DNA of 55,173 nucleotides from an uncultured Fidelibacterota bacterium (GCA_913040915.1 CAJWHW010000011.1:1-55173); one strand, 5' to 3'; positions 30,234 to 41,168 are shown, counted from the first letter of the stretch. The notes: generated by a model from the letters alone, not told the origin. Numbers and translations are program-made.

Positions 30234-30992
30234 TTAGTATTTATAAGACTTTAGTTTTAAAAATTCCAAAATATTTAATAAGATGAAAAGGGGATTTGTA
30301 AAAACATATCTTTTCCATAAACGTCTTGGCTCTTGCAATAGACGATAAAACCATTCGAGAGCATATTTTTTCATCCATCTAGGCGCATGCTTTGTTTTTC
30401 CTGCTAAGTAATCAAAACCAGCCCCAACTCCAATGAGAATACCTCGATTGAATTGTGTGTAGTTTTCAGACATCCAATTTTCTTGTTTTGGTGCACCTAA
30501 GCCCACCCAAATAATATCAGGATTTGCTTCATTTATTTGACTGATAAATTTCAAATTTTCCTCGGTTGTGAGTGGTTTAAAGGGTGGTGAAAGCATACCA
30601 CAAACAATTGCTTCCGGGAACTTGCTTTGAATCGTACTAGCCATTAGGTTTAAAATATCTTTAGTACTACCAAAAAAATAATGCTTTATTTTTTTTTCTT
30701 GTCCCCATTCTAAAATTTTTTCCAAAAGAGTAGGCCCAAAAACACGTTTCATATTATAATCTCCTTTCCACCGTGCAACCATAGAGAGAGGTCGACCATC
30801 TGGTAATGCCATAAATCCTTTATTTATGATTGTACTGAATTTAGGGTGGAATACACCTTCAACAACTGTATGGGCATTATTCAATGTCACATAAGCAGGT
30901 GATTTGGAATGTACTAAATAATTCATCATTTGATTGAAGGTCTGTTCATATGTAGTTGAATCCAAATGGGTAGATAAAATTTTTGTTTTCAT
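30234..30992 (-). CDS. WecB/TagA/CpsF (GT26) glycosyltransferase
   Basis: [51 protein letters not shown]; start set at MKTK to avoid overlap with fcl. Confidence 0.92.
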   Translation of the reverse strand: MKTKILSTHLDSTTYEQTFNQMMNYLVHSKSPAYVTLNNAHTVVEGVFHPKFSTIINKGFMALPDGRPLSMVARWKGDYNMKRVFGPTLLEKILEWGQEKKIKHYFFGSTKDILNLMASTIQSKFPEAIVCGMLSPPFKPLTTEENLKFISQINEANPDIIWVGLGAPKQENWMSENYTQFNRGILIGVGAGFDYLAGKTKHAPRWMKKYALEWFYRLLQEPRRLWKRYVFTNPLFILLNILEFLKLKSYKY

Positions 30993-31005
30993 TTTGATAT
31001 AATTA

Positions 31006-31974
31006 TCAAGAGTCCAAAGGATTTGATTCATAATCTAAAATAGTTTGTCGAATTCCTTCCTCCAAACTAGTAGAATAGGTCCAACCTAGTTTTTTTAGGT
31101 TACTTTCATCCATAATTTTACGAGGTGTTCCATCGGGTTTAGATTTATCAAAAAGTAGTTTACCCTTATATCCTGAAAGCTTTTTGATAAGTTTAGCCAA
31201 TTTACGGATAGTTATTTCTTCTCCGCTTCCAATATTCAAGTGAGTTAAGCCCAAGGAATCGTATAAGTGTGGCGCTTCCACCATTTCCATTACAAATAGA
31301 CAAGCTTGTGCCAGATCATCAACATAAAGGAACTCTCTTAGTGGTGATCCAGTACCCCAAATATCAACATAGGCTGCACCAGTAGTTTTAGCTTCATAAA
31401 TTTTTCGAATAAGGGCGGGAAGAACATGGGAGTTTTCTAAATTATAATTATCATTAGGGCCATAGAGATTTGTTGGCATTACAGAAATAAAATTGTCACC
31501 GTATTGGCGATAATAATTTTCACACATTTTTATACCGGCAATTTTTGCAATAGCATATGGTTCGTTGGTATACTCTAATTTTCCAGTCAATAGGACATCT
31601 TCCTTAAGGGGTTGCGGCGCAAATTTTGGATAAATACAAGAGCTCCCTAAAAATAATAATTTTTTTACACCTGCTAAATGACTGGCATGAATTAGATTAG
31701 ATTGGATCATCAAATTATTGTAAATAAACTCTGCACGATAAGTATTATTGGCTTGTATTCCTCCAACCTTGGCAGCAGCTATAAAAACAATATCAGGTTT
31801 TTCACTAATTATAAACTCAAAAACATCTTTTTGTATAGTTAAATCTAATTCCTTACTAGTTTTTGTGATCAAATGATGATATTTATTTTTCTCCAATGTT
31901 TTTACCAAGGCAGAGCCAACCATGCCCTTGTGTCCAGCTACAAAAATCTTTGATTGCTTATTCATATCCATCAA
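31006..31974 (-). CDS. fcl: GDP-L-fucose synthase
   Basis: [51 protein letters not shown]. Confidence 0.96.
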   Translation of the reverse strand: MMDMNKQSKIFVAGHKGMVGSALVKTLEKNKYHHLITKTSKELDLTIQKDVFEFIISEKPDIVFIAAAKVGGIQANNTYRAEFIYNNLMIQSNLIHASHLAGVKKLLFLGSSCIYPKFAPQPLKEDVLLTGKLEYTNEPYAIAKIAGIKMCENYYRQYGDNFISVMPTNLYGPNDNYNLENSHVLPALIRKIYEAKTTGAAYVDIWGTGSPLREFLYVDDLAQACLFVMEMVEAPHLYDSLGLTHLNIGSGEEITIRKLAKLIKKLSGYKGKLLFDKSKPDGTPRKIMDESNLKKLGWTYSTSLEEGIRQTILDYESNPLDS

Positions 31975-33026
31975 ATTTCAATTGTTGTCATTCTATTTTT
32001 TCTTTTAGTATAATCTGCATCTACCATGATTTTTACAAGCTCTTTAAAAGTAGTTTTTGTTCTCCATCCTAATTCCTGTTTCGCTTTCGATGGATCACCT
32101 ATTAAAAGTTCTACCTCAGTAGGACGAAAATATCTTGGGTTGATTCCCACAACTTTTTTACCGGTAGATTCCAAAATGCCTACTTCTTTTTCGGCATTGC
32201 CTTTCCAATATATATTTTCGCCTAAAACTTTAAAACTTTCTGTTACAAATTCACGGACAGAATGAGTTTCTCCAGTTGCCATTACATAATCATCGGCCTT
32301 ATCACTTTGCAGCATCAACCACATTCCTTCTACGAATTCCGGTGCATAACCCCAATCTCGTTTTGCATCTAGATTTCCTAATAAAAGTTTATTCTGTCTT
32401 CCAAGTACAATGTTAGAAACACCAATTGAAATTTTCCGTGTTACAAATGTTTTACCTCGACGTTCGGATTCATGATTAAACAAGATTCCATTACATGCAA
32501 ACAAATCATACGCTTCTCTATAATTTTTCACAATCCAATATGCATACAATTTTGCCGCAGCATACGGTGATCTTGGATAGAATGGCGTTTTTTCAGATTG
32601 AGGGATTTCTTGAACAAGTCCAAATAGTTCTGATGTAGAAGCTTGATAAAATTTTGTTTCAATGCCAGTTTCTTTTATAGCATCAAGAAATCTTAGTGCA
32701 CCAATACCATCAACCTCTGCTGTGTATTCGGGTACCTCAAAACTCACTTGGACGTGGGACTGAGCTCCTAAATTATATATTTCGTTTGGCTTAATTTTTT
32801 CAACAAGACGATTCAAGTTACTCGAATCATTCAAATCACCATAATGAAGGAATAATTTTTTATTTAAAATTTTTTCATTTTTGTATAAATGATCAATTCT
32901 GAAAGTATTAAAGGAGGATGATCGACGAATGATACCATGAACTATATATCCTTTTTCAAGAAGCAATTCTGTTAGATATGATCCATCTTGCCCTGTAATA
33001 CCAGATATAAGTGCAATTTTTGACAT
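31971..33026 (-). CDS. gmd: GDP-mannose 4,6-dehydratase
   Basis: [48 protein letters not shown]. Confidence 0.97.
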   Translation of the reverse strand: MSKIALISGITGQDGSYLTELLLEKGYIVHGIIRRSSSFNTFRIDHLYKNEKILNKKLFLHYGDLNDSSNLNRLVEKIKPNEIYNLGAQSHVQVSFEVPEYTAEVDGIGALRFLDAIKETGIETKFYQASTSELFGLVQEIPQSEKTPFYPRSPYAAAKLYAYWIVKNYREAYDLFACNGILFNHESERRGKTFVTRKISIGVSNIVLGRQNKLLLGNLDAKRDWGYAPEFVEGMWLMLQSDKADDYVMATGETHSVREFVTESFKVLGENIYWKGNAEKEVGILESTGKKVVGINPRYFRPTEVELLIGDPSKAKQELGWRTKTTFKELVKIMVDADYTKRKNRMTTIEI

Positions 33027-33071
33027 AGATTTTCCTATTACTACTAAGTGGTTTTAAAATTATCACTGGGA

Positions 33072-34226
33072 TTAGTTTTTTACTGAAATAGCTTCCTGGT
33101 AAATTGAAACCATATGATGGTAATTTAGTTCCGGTGTGTAATTATTTAAATACTTTTGTCTTCCAGCCTCACCTAAAGTACTACAATATTTTTTATTTTG
33201 GATTAATTGATTCACTTTATTACAAAAGTCTTCCTGATCCCCCAATTCATAATGAAGTCCATTTTTACCATGTTCAATAATTTCTTGCATTGAGCCGATA
33301 TTACTAACAATAACGGGCGTACCACAGGCCAAGGCCTCAACAAGTACCATAGGAAATCCCTCGTACCATTGAGAAGGAAAAATAAGCATTTGGGCTTCTC
33401 CCAAGATCTTTTTTACTTGGTCATTTGGTAAAGAACCCAAGTATTCAATATTTTTTAAATTAGAAGACATTTTATGTTTTTCTGGCCCATCTCCAATAAT
33501 TTTTAAGGAATAGTCTATGTTTTTCCAAGAATCTAAAAGAAAATTTATACCTTTTTCCCTTGATAATCGCCCAATGAATAATGCATATGGCTTTCTTTTT
33601 AAATCCCCCTGATCTGGATCCTGAATGAAATTTGGTTTTACTACCATATTGACTTCTGAAAATCCTGCTTCAATAAATTTTCTTTTTGAAAATTGTGTTA
33701 AAGTGATAATACGTTCGATATTTTTTGACCATGTTTTTCTTTTTTTATGATAGCTAATCATTCTAGCTAAAGAAGCTGTTCCTAGAAATGAATTTTTATA
33801 TACCTTAAAAGGTATCGTGCAATAAGGACTATATTTTATTGAAATTTCCCACGGTTTATCATTATGCATTAGACAGGCGCTGGGACAAATTAAGCGATAA
33901 TTATGGAGTGTTAAAACAGAAGGGATATTTTTCTCTTTACAGGCGTCAAAAATAGAAGGAGTTAATAGAGGAAAAAAATTATGGCAATGGACAATATCAG
34001 GATTAACCTTTGCTAAATGGGTTGCGAATAATTTTTTACTTGATTTTGAGTAATTCAGATTAAAGGCTGCTTTAAATTTTGATGATAAGGACTGAATAGT
34101 ATCATTATTGACTGTATATGCATAAACATCATGTCCATTTTCCTTCATGAGTGCCTGTTCGGCCCAAAATACCTGATCTTCGCCACCGGCGAGTTGATAA
34201 AAATTATGGACGAACAGGATCTTCAT
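33072..34226 (-). CDS. Glycosyltransferase family 4
   Basis: MKILFVHNFYQLAGGED, HCHNFFP, TLHNYRLICP, GRLSREKG, EGFPMVLVEA (EX7E). Confidence 0.92.
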   Translation of the reverse strand: MKILFVHNFYQLAGGEDQVFWAEQALMKENGHDVYAYTVNNDTIQSLSSKFKAAFNLNYSKSSKKLFATHLAKVNPDIVHCHNFFPLLTPSIFDACKEKNIPSVLTLHNYRLICPSACLMHNDKPWEISIKYSPYCTIPFKVYKNSFLGTASLARMISYHKKRKTWSKNIERIITLTQFSKRKFIEAGFSEVNMVVKPNFIQDPDQGDLKRKPYALFIGRLSREKGINFLLDSWKNIDYSLKIIGDGPEKHKMSSNLKNIEYLGSLPNDQVKKILGEAQMLIFPSQWYEGFPMVLVEALACGTPVIVSNIGSMQEIIEHGKNGLHYELGDQEDFCNKVNQLIQNKKYCSTLGEAGRQKYLNNYTPELNYHHMVSIYQEAISVKN

Positions 34227-35445
34227 GGTAAATCTCATTTTTCAGTGTTATAAATAAAATCCAAAATATGCCAGAAATAGCAAATAGTTTCCAATTAATT
34301 ATTGGTGTAAGCATGGCATATCCAAATAGTTGGATAAACCAATTCTTCATAAGTAATCTCGTATCATCAGATAATCTGGGATTGAAACATTTCTGATATA
34401 AGGATACATAAATACCAATAGTCATAGCGACCATGACTAACCCTCCGGACATAATGGCTTGTACAAAATCATTATGTGCATGAGGGGCTACCCAATGTAT
34501 CTTTGGAATAATCATACCCAATTTCTTCACACCTGCAATAAATCCAAAGCCAATAATCGGACTATTGCCAAATTCTAAAAAATATTTACTCCAGAGAGGT
34601 ATTCGTTCCGAAAGTGTTAAGATGTTGGTAATTCCCATTCCTCGTAAAAAGTAATCTATGTAGGTAAATAAAAAAGCCAAAACAAAAGCTGCAAAATAAA
34701 GGAGAACGAGGTGATTTAATCCCTTTCTAGACCAAATAAGTGAAAAAGAAAATGCTAGGAAAAAACTCAATAGGGCTCCTCGAGAATTAGTCCCTAATAA
34801 TATAATGACTGCAAAAATAAATAGACCATACTTTTTTATGCTGGCTCCTTTAAAATAAAAATAATAATAGGAAGCGAGCATAGCTGCCAATGTTGCCAAT
34901 ACGTTTGGACCAATGAAATAGCCTCCAATTCTAACCACACCATGTAATCTGTCAACAAATAAACCCAAAGAAGGGAAAAAAGGTAAAATAATAAATAAGG
35001 AAATAATTTTTAACCAAATTAACAAGATAATATCTTGAAACATATCAGGTAAGGTATAGGCTCCTTTTTCCTTGGTATATAAATAAAATAAAAGAAAAAA
35101 AATAACCCATTCCATTACAAAATATCCTGAAAGTAAAAACTCTGCATTTGACAGCACAGGGATTGAAATAAAAAGAGCAAGGAAATAATATGACAGAGGA
35201 GTATTGATTTGTTTAAAAAATTCAATTTTAAATTTGAATTTTTCGATTCCAGCTATAAAGAGAATAACAATAATTCCAATTATGATATAAATTACCATTC
35301 TGGAAAAAGATTGTAGATTAAATAAACCAAAGTTTTTTGTAACACCAGTTTTGTCAAATTGAAGAATACCCGGCATCCCAAATAAAGATAAAAGTAAGAG
35401 TCCTCTTAACAAGCCAAGTTTTGATATGACATTTTCTACATGCAT
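34204..35445 (-). CDS. wzy: Wzy polymerase / O-antigen ligase family membrane protein
   Basis: ~11 TMs, GPN, TNSRGAL, R...W, PIIGFG, HAHND (Wzy_C motif); in a Wzx/Wzz locus. Confidence 0.78.
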   Translation of the reverse strand: MHVENVISKLGLLRGLLLLSLFGMPGILQFDKTGVTKNFGLFNLQSFSRMVIYIIIGIIVILFIAGIEKFKFKIEFFKQINTPLSYYFLALFISIPVLSNAEFLLSGYFVMEWVIFFLLFYLYTKEKGAYTLPDMFQDIILLIWLKIISLFIILPFFPSLGLFVDRLHGVVRIGGYFIGPNVLATLAAMLASYYYFYFKGASIKKYGLFIFAVIILLGTNSRGALLSFFLAFSFSLIWSRKGLNHLVLLYFAAFVLAFLFTYIDYFLRGMGITNILTLSERIPLWSKYFLEFGNSPIIGFGFIAGVKKLGMIIPKIHWVAPHAHNDFVQAIMSGGLVMVAMTIGIYVSLYQKCFNPRLSDDTRLLMKNWFIQLFGYAMLTPIINWKLFAISGIFWILFITLKNEIYHEDPVRP

Positions 35446-36137
35446 TAGGAGCGAAATGTTCTTGCAAAATAAATACTTTCTATGAAAAATAATATCCCAT
35501 AAAGAATGGATACATTATAAAGGATTTCTGGATTTAAGCGAGTCCATACTATGCAGAAATAAAAAACTGGTGTGTCCACTATCGATTGAATACATTTTTT
35601 TAAGATAGATGAACTAGGTTTATGTTCTTCGCCTGCTGCCCGTTTCATTGATGATGTCAGAAGAGAAAAACTACGGCCGAAAATTAAAATAAATGTGAGT
35701 TGACTTACCTTAAGTATGGAAAAATGAGGAGTTATTAAAAACGCAATACTTATAGGCAGTAGAACGATTAGTAATAAATCAATGGAAAGATCAATCCATT
35801 GCCCTAAAAGAGATGTATTTTTACTAGCCCGAGCTAACTGGCCATCTGCACAATCCATTGTATACACCATTAATAGTAAAAAGGTGAGAGTAACGGAAGA
35901 TGAAAATCCAATAGGTATAGTTGCGAATTGCACCATACTATATAATCCCAAAATACCTCCAAGAAGTGTCATTCCATTGGGGGAGAGTCCCAGTTTAAGA
36001 CCCAGGAATGCACAAATTCCTGCGATGGGCTGAAATATAAACCACGTAGGAGGAAAACTTGCCACTGCGAATTCTCTATTTAGAAAAGAGCTTAAAGTTA
36101 TATTTGATTTTTTGGTCATAATTGATATGGTTTCCAA
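35445..36137 (-). CDS. CDP-alcohol phosphotransferase family protein
   Basis: SPNGMT and complete DxxDGxxAR...GxxxDxxxD motif (DCADGQLAR...GQWIDLSID); start may be 36119. Confidence 0.88.
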   Translation of the reverse strand: METISIMTKKSNITLSSFLNREFAVASFPPTWFIFQPIAGICAFLGLKLGLSPNGMTLLGGILGLYSMVQFATIPIGFSSSVTLTFLLLMVYTMDCADGQLARASKNTSLLGQWIDLSIDLLLIVLLPISIAFLITPHFSILKVSQLTFILIFGRSFSLLTSSMKRAAGEEHKPSSSILKKCIQSIVDTPVFYFCIVWTRLNPEILYNVSILYGILFFIESIYFARTFRS

Positions 36138-37036
36138 TGAGACAAATCCCTATTGATTAGTACTTCAGTGTATTGAATATCTTTTTCAAAATGGGGGAAT
36201 AAACGCTGCATTTGATCTAATGATAAATAATCCTGTGATTTTAGATTTAAGTTAAGCAACTTTTCCCGCAAACGAGTTCTAAGTTTTTTTGGTAAAATTT
36301 TTTTAATGATTTTTTTCAATATATGAGGGCGAATTAATATTTGGTGTAGAAATTGAAAACGGGGCATACCAGATTTATTATATTTTATACCAAAGTCAAA
36401 ATTGTGGGATGAATTCACACCTAAAAATTCACAAATAGATTTCAGAGTATATTCTGGCTCATTCAAAAAGTCTTCATAAATTAAACAAAGAATCTGTTCT
36501 TGATTAAATAAAGAGAAATATCGCTGTAATTGTTTACCATAAAGCCCCATAGAACGGTAATGCCAAATTTCAGCCCATCCGTTATTTTTTCGTTCTTCAT
36601 CTAAATTGAATGCTGTTTGAAAATCCTTAATCATTTCTCTGTTATCTCGGCGTAAATGTAAAAAAGCAGAATAGGCTCGTTGAACGGGATTCCTTAAACA
36701 AATAATAAGTTTAACATGAGGAATATGCTGAAAGATATTTTTTGGGGCTATTGGAGAATAGAGGTATAGAGGGGATACTTCTCCCATAACGTTTTGGCTC
36801 TTGTCAGAAAAATAAGATAGATATTCTTCTTTTTTAGTGATGGAAGTACGATGAATACCCTCCATATCACCAGGACCCGAAAAATTGATTTTTTGATCCT
36901 TCAAGGCAAAATAATTCATTTCTTTTTGGACACTCATAAATATTTCAGGGTGGGAATTCAATTGATGATATAGAGCTGTTGTGCCTGCTTTTGCTGCACC
37001 TATAATTAAAAAATCAGGCCATTTTACCTTAGCCAT
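36116..37036 (-). CDS. PAPS-dependent sulfotransferase
   Basis: 5'-PSB PDFLIIGAAKAGTTAL, KE, GEVSPLY, 3'-PB LRNPVQRAYS, YEDF. Confidence 0.92.
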   Translation of the reverse strand: MAKVKWPDFLIIGAAKAGTTALYHQLNSHPEIFMSVQKEMNYFALKDQKINFSGPGDMEGIHRTSITKKEEYLSYFSDKSQNVMGEVSPLYLYSPIAPKNIFQHIPHVKLIICLRNPVQRAYSAFLHLRRDNREMIKDFQTAFNLDEERKNNGWAEIWHYRSMGLYGKQLQRYFSLFNQEQILCLIYEDFLNEPEYTLKSICEFLGVNSSHNFDFGIKYNKSGMPRFQFLHQILIRPHILKKIIKKILPKKLRTRLREKLLNLNLKSQDYLSLDQMQRLFPHFEKDIQYTEVLINRDLSHWKPYQL

Positions 37037-38357
37037 TTTCGGATACCTCCACTTTTTTACAAAAAGATTTGTATCGATTTATTAGGGTTATACAAGTAGC
37101 TGTTTTCCAAATAACGACAGCGATTAGTACATTAAGGGTTGCGCCATAAAGACCATATTCGGATATCAGAAAAGTACCACAAACAAGTTTAATAATAACA
37201 ACTATAAATAAGATATTCTGGAAATCTTTGGCATGATTCATCATTTGTAAACATAATCCCGCCGATCCTGTGGCAGCATGAAAAAATTGAGCTGCCGCTA
37301 AGATAAGAAAAGGTGTTGCAGCATTGTTAAATTCTGATCCAAAATAATTTAGTATTAAAGGATGGGAAATCCATAACCCGACAAATATTGGTAGGGATGT
37401 TAATGTCCCAGTAAAACAAGAGAAAAAAAATAGTTTTTTCAATCTCTGAGTGGATTTAGAAAAAAAAGCATCTGAAATACGAGGACCCAAAACACTGTTT
37501 ATTCCCAGTATGGGTAAACTTACAATCAATGCTACCCGCATAATTAAATTAAAAATTCCTACATCAACTTCAGTAAGGAAATAGGCTACTAATAACACAT
37601 CCATCCAATTCAATAGAAAAAAAGCTATATTGGAGAGAGCAAAGGGTATCCCAGATTTAAATAAATTATCATTAGTAGGTTGAATGGAAACACCTCGTGG
37701 AAATTGGTGAAATAATAATCCAATGCCTAGTATAGCTGTTAATACTATACCGGCAGCAAATGCATTAATTGGAGACAAAAATGACGTTTCACTGAAAAGA
37801 ACTCTTATACCAATAATTAAAAAAGTGAAAGAAAAGAAATGGAGTAAAAAATGTTGGATAAATGCAAATGAATAGTAAGAATTAAATCCTCTATGGATAC
37901 CAGCAGATAAAAATAAAAAATTAAAGGGGATTAAAAGAATTGCACTGTACTTAAATGGTATTACTAAGGAAGGATTATGAAAAAAAATTGTTGCGACCCA
38001 GGGACTAATTATTAGCCAAATAATAATTAGCCCTGATGTTATCTTTAATGATAAAATAGCGATAGAATTCACAATGAACCATTGTTTATTTAGAGACGAT
38101 TTATACTTTGGTATTAACTGTACAGCTAATACATCCAATCCCCAACGAGACAAAAAGGATAATATGTTTATAGATGTGAACCAAATTGTGAATATCCCAG
38201 CAACAAGGGCACCAAATTTGTAAGTCAAAGTCAATTGAAATAAGTAACTGAACCCTTTACCAGCTAAAATGATAATTGTAGTTCCACTGATCCCTTTCAA
38301 AAATGCATATCGAGACTGAAAAATAGTATGATTGTTCTTAAAATATCTAAAACTCAA
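37029..38357 (-). CDS. wzx: Wzx polysaccharide flippase
   Basis: ~12-13 TMs, MOP-family pattern (G..G.F, D.LLV..F...DVGIF, P.IS, YGLYGA). Confidence 0.85.
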   Translation of the reverse strand: MSFRYFKNNHTIFQSRYAFLKGISGTTIIILAGKGFSYLFQLTLTYKFGALVAGIFTIWFTSINILSFLSRWGLDVLAVQLIPKYKSSLNKQWFIVNSIAILSLKITSGLIIIWLIISPWVATIFFHNPSLVIPFKYSAILLIPFNFLFLSAGIHRGFNSYYSFAFIQHFLLHFFSFTFLIIGIRVLFSETSFLSPINAFAAGIVLTAILGIGLLFHQFPRGVSIQPTNDNLFKSGIPFALSNIAFFLLNWMDVLLVAYFLTEVDVGIFNLIMRVALIVSLPILGINSVLGPRISDAFFSKSTQRLKKLFFFSCFTGTLTSLPIFVGLWISHPLILNYFGSEFNNAATPFLILAAAQFFHAATGSAGLCLQMMNHAKDFQNILFIVVIIKLVCGTFLISEYGLYGATLNVLIAVVIWKTATCITLINRYKSFCKKVEVSENG

Positions 38358-39532
38358 GTTGATGGATAATCTTTATACAAAATGAAAGGTATTGCTATAG
38401 CAAACCCTAAAAATACAGCGATACTTAATATCATTAGTTTTCTGGGTTTAGATACTTTAACAGCAGGAGTTGCTTTATCAAGGATGTTGATTAAGATTTT
38501 CTCCTTTTGCTCATCGATACGAGCAATTTCATATTGTTGTCGAAATGTTAAGTAAACAGTTTGGTTTTCTTCTAGTTCCCGCTGCAGAACAAGCCGCTGC
38601 ATTGATAATTCCGGTGTATCCAGACTTTGGGGATATTTATTTTGGAAAAGAACTAGTTGTTTTTCAGCCTTTGCAAGGGAAATAGAAGATTGGTCTAATT
38701 GATTTTCAATGAATTCTCTATTTTTAAATGCATTGGTTCGTTGGACTTTGGAAACAAAACGAATAACAAAATCAGAAATAAAATTAGCAATATCGGCTGC
38801 TAATTGTGGCTCTTCCATATCAACATCAATCGTTATAAGACCTGAACCAGATTCAGATACATGAATACGATCCTCTAATTCTTTGACTGCTCTATAGATA
38901 TATTCGTCTTCCTTTGAAGAACTAACATTCCCCTTGGGAAATAAACCTCGAATCCAATTCAAGGGATTGAAAGATTCTATATTTATTTTCCAATAAACGA
39001 TTAAGTTTTGTGGGAGATTATCAATTTGTATCTCCCAATTTTGAAGTACAATATCTTTTTTTATCCTGTTGCTTCCAACAATATCAGGAATATTGTAATT
39101 TGGGGCTGCGGACATCCCAGCTAGGCCAAATGACTCTGCTAAAGTAGAAAGATTAGTACCCATGACAGACTTAGATTGGGATAAATCTCCTGCAGGATAC
39201 ATGGTAATAGTGGATGTATAAAGTGGTGTTTTGATAAGGATATAACCCATCGCAATAACCCCAAATATGAAAGAGGAAATTATGATTGTATTCTTTTTTG
39301 TCCACAATAATTTAACAATTTGAATCAAATCAATATCACCATTACGAGCTTGGAGTTGGTTATTCGTATTTATAAGTCCATATTTTTTAAATTCTGCGAT
39401 ACGATTTCTTAATGTTTTTTCAGTTAATCCATACCGTTGGGCAATTGCAGCACGTTGTACAGGGTCTTCTAATATTTCAGGATAGGAATTGATAATATCA
39501 AGTATTTTTTGTTCGTGTTGGGTCAGTTTCAT
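38354..39532 (-). CDS. wzz: Polysaccharide co-polymerase (Wzz/GNVR) with N-terminal helix-turn-helix domain
   Basis: DIDLIQIVKLLW-TM1-P.Y.S, periplasmic coiled coil, ILDKATP...KPRK-TM2; N-terminal 54 aa HTH-like; ATG at 39532 just after the upstream stop. Confidence 0.85.
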   Translation of the reverse strand: MKLTQHEQKILDIINSYPEILEDPVQRAAIAQRYGLTEKTLRNRIAEFKKYGLINTNNQLQARNGDIDLIQIVKLLWTKKNTIIISSFIFGVIAMGYILIKTPLYTSTITMYPAGDLSQSKSVMGTNLSTLAESFGLAGMSAAPNYNIPDIVGSNRIKKDIVLQNWEIQIDNLPQNLIVYWKINIESFNPLNWIRGLFPKGNVSSSKEDEYIYRAVKELEDRIHVSESGSGLITIDVDMEEPQLAADIANFISDFVIRFVSKVQRTNAFKNREFIENQLDQSSISLAKAEKQLVLFQNKYPQSLDTPELSMQRLVLQRELEENQTVYLTFRQQYEIARIDEQKEKILINILDKATPAVKVSKPRKLMILSIAVFLGFAIAIPFILYKDYPST

Positions 39533-39533
39533 C

Positions 39534-41168
39534 TCACTGTCCAATTGCATTTTGAATAACTACAATTAGGGCAGCCACTTGGCCAAGAGTTGCCAGTGTA
39601 TCTTTAAGAATAATCCATTTATTATATTCCATTTTATCTGCGATGAAAATTGTATCCCCGTTTTCTAAAATGACATCTTTTTTTGCAGGTAGTCTTTGTC
39701 CAGTACCAGCCTTAATTATAAAAGTATTTCTGGTGGATGTTTTTGTTTTACCTCCTGCCAACAAAATGTAATCATTCACAAGTTTACCATCATAAAAAGG
39801 GTAACGTCCTGGTTTAACAACTCCGCCCAAGACTTCAATATATTTATAATCCTCAGGTATAAATATGTTATCTTTGTTTACCAAAATGAAATTCAATAGG
39901 GTTTCCATTTGAGTTCTAGAGTTGGATTCAATCGATCCTCTTTTTGTCAGTGCTCTGGCTTTAATGTATGCACGCTCCGATGGGGAACGATTTTCTTCTG
40001 GAATCAGGAGAATACGTATTCTTTCACGATCAGGGATAACTTCAATGGATTTATTATTGATTCTTATTTTGGTTGGGTCAGCTTTATTTGTAAATCCACC
40101 AGCTCTGTTAAGTACATTATTTAGAGTTGTTCCTTCTTCAATTGAATAAACACCAGGGAAATGAATTTCGCCGTTGATATAGACTATATCCTGACGTTTA
40201 TAATCCTTTTCGTAACGTACCATAATATGATCTTCCGGCTCAATTTTAATGGTTTTAGAATTTTTATATTCTATGAAAAAAGTATATTTTTCAGTGAATG
40301 TTTTGAATCGTGTTATTTCAATTTTAGTCGGATCTGCATCGGGTCTAAGTCCCCCAGCTAATTTGATAAACTCATATAATGATTCGTCATCAACATATTC
40401 ATATTCACCTGGAATTTTTATACCGCCAAAAATGTTTATCATATGCTGTTTTACAGGGATAATAAGTATATCGCCTTGATGAATAAATGGGTTGTACTTA
40501 TCTTCTCCTGTTGAACCAAATTTAACTAAATCAATTTTCAGGGAATCACCATTACGAACAATTGTTATATTCCTATGGGATAAATCCAGGTATTTCATTT
40601 CACCAGAATCTTCTTGGTCGCTCTTTGATTCATCTTTCAAATCAATCTTTTCTAAGTGTTTATCCATAATTATTTCATAGATATCAGATACGCGAGAAAC
40701 AGGCGTTGCCGTATAAAGACCTGGTTTACGTAAATGGCCAATAACCTTGATTTTAAATTCCCTAATTTGAGATAATGTGATATGAATATTAGCTGTCTGA
40801 TTCCAATTATCTATCGCAGCAGTCATGGCTGTGATAGCCTCATTTAGGGAAAGGTTAAATACATTGATCACGCCTACTGACGGAATGAGAATTTCTCCTG
40901 ATGGAGATACTACCAACTTGAAGGTAGATACTTCTGAACTAGAAATAATATTGACTTGGAATTGATCGCCCGGGCCAACAATGTATTGATTTTTGTCTAT
41001 AGGTGTATCCATTAAGTGGGTATTTATAGACTGGGTTTCACGATTTATTACAGATTGATTTATAGGAAAAACTGATGTCGCTTTATTGGATGCTCGAAGA
41101 GCATTAATGTCTAGGGTTTGCGCTGAAACTGATACACAAAAAACCCAAAGGATGTATATTTTTTTCAT
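39534..41168 (-). CDS. Polysaccharide export protein with Poly_export and multiple SLBB domains (Wza/KpsD-like)
   Basis: Signal peptide, YIVGPGD, repeated G.V..PG.Y...AGG and GD.I.IP units, C-terminal amphipathic helix. Confidence 0.88.
   Translation of the reverse strand: MKKIYILWVFCVSVSAQTLDINALRASNKATSVFPINQSVINRETQSINTHLMDTPIDKNQYIVGPGDQFQVNIISSSEVSTFKLVVSPSGEILIPSVGVINVFNLSLNEAITAMTAAIDNWNQTANIHITLSQIREFKIKVIGHLRKPGLYTATPVSRVSDIYEIIMDKHLEKIDLKDESKSDQEDSGEMKYLDLSHRNITIVRNGDSLKIDLVKFGSTGEDKYNPFIHQGDILIIPVKQHMINIFGGIKIPGEYEYVDDESLYEFIKLAGGLRPDADPTKIEITRFKTFTEKYTFFIEYKNSKTIKIEPEDHIMVRYEKDYKRQDIVYINGEIHFPGVYSIEEGTTLNNVLNRAGGFTNKADPTKIRINNKSIEVIPDRERIRILLIPEENRSPSERAYIKARALTKRGSIESNSRTQMETLLNFILVNKDNIFIPEDYKYIEVLGGVVKPGRYPFYDGKLVNDYILLAGGKTKTSTRNTFIIKAGTGQRLPAKKDVILENGDTIFIADKMEYNKWIILKDTLATLGQVAALIVVIQNAIGQ

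Noticed and set aside
30689..30697. A9/T9 and A8 homopolymers in capsule genes and mltG as phase-variation tracts
   Set aside because: Runs this long are expected in an AT-rich genome, also occur in housekeeping genes, and all frames are intact
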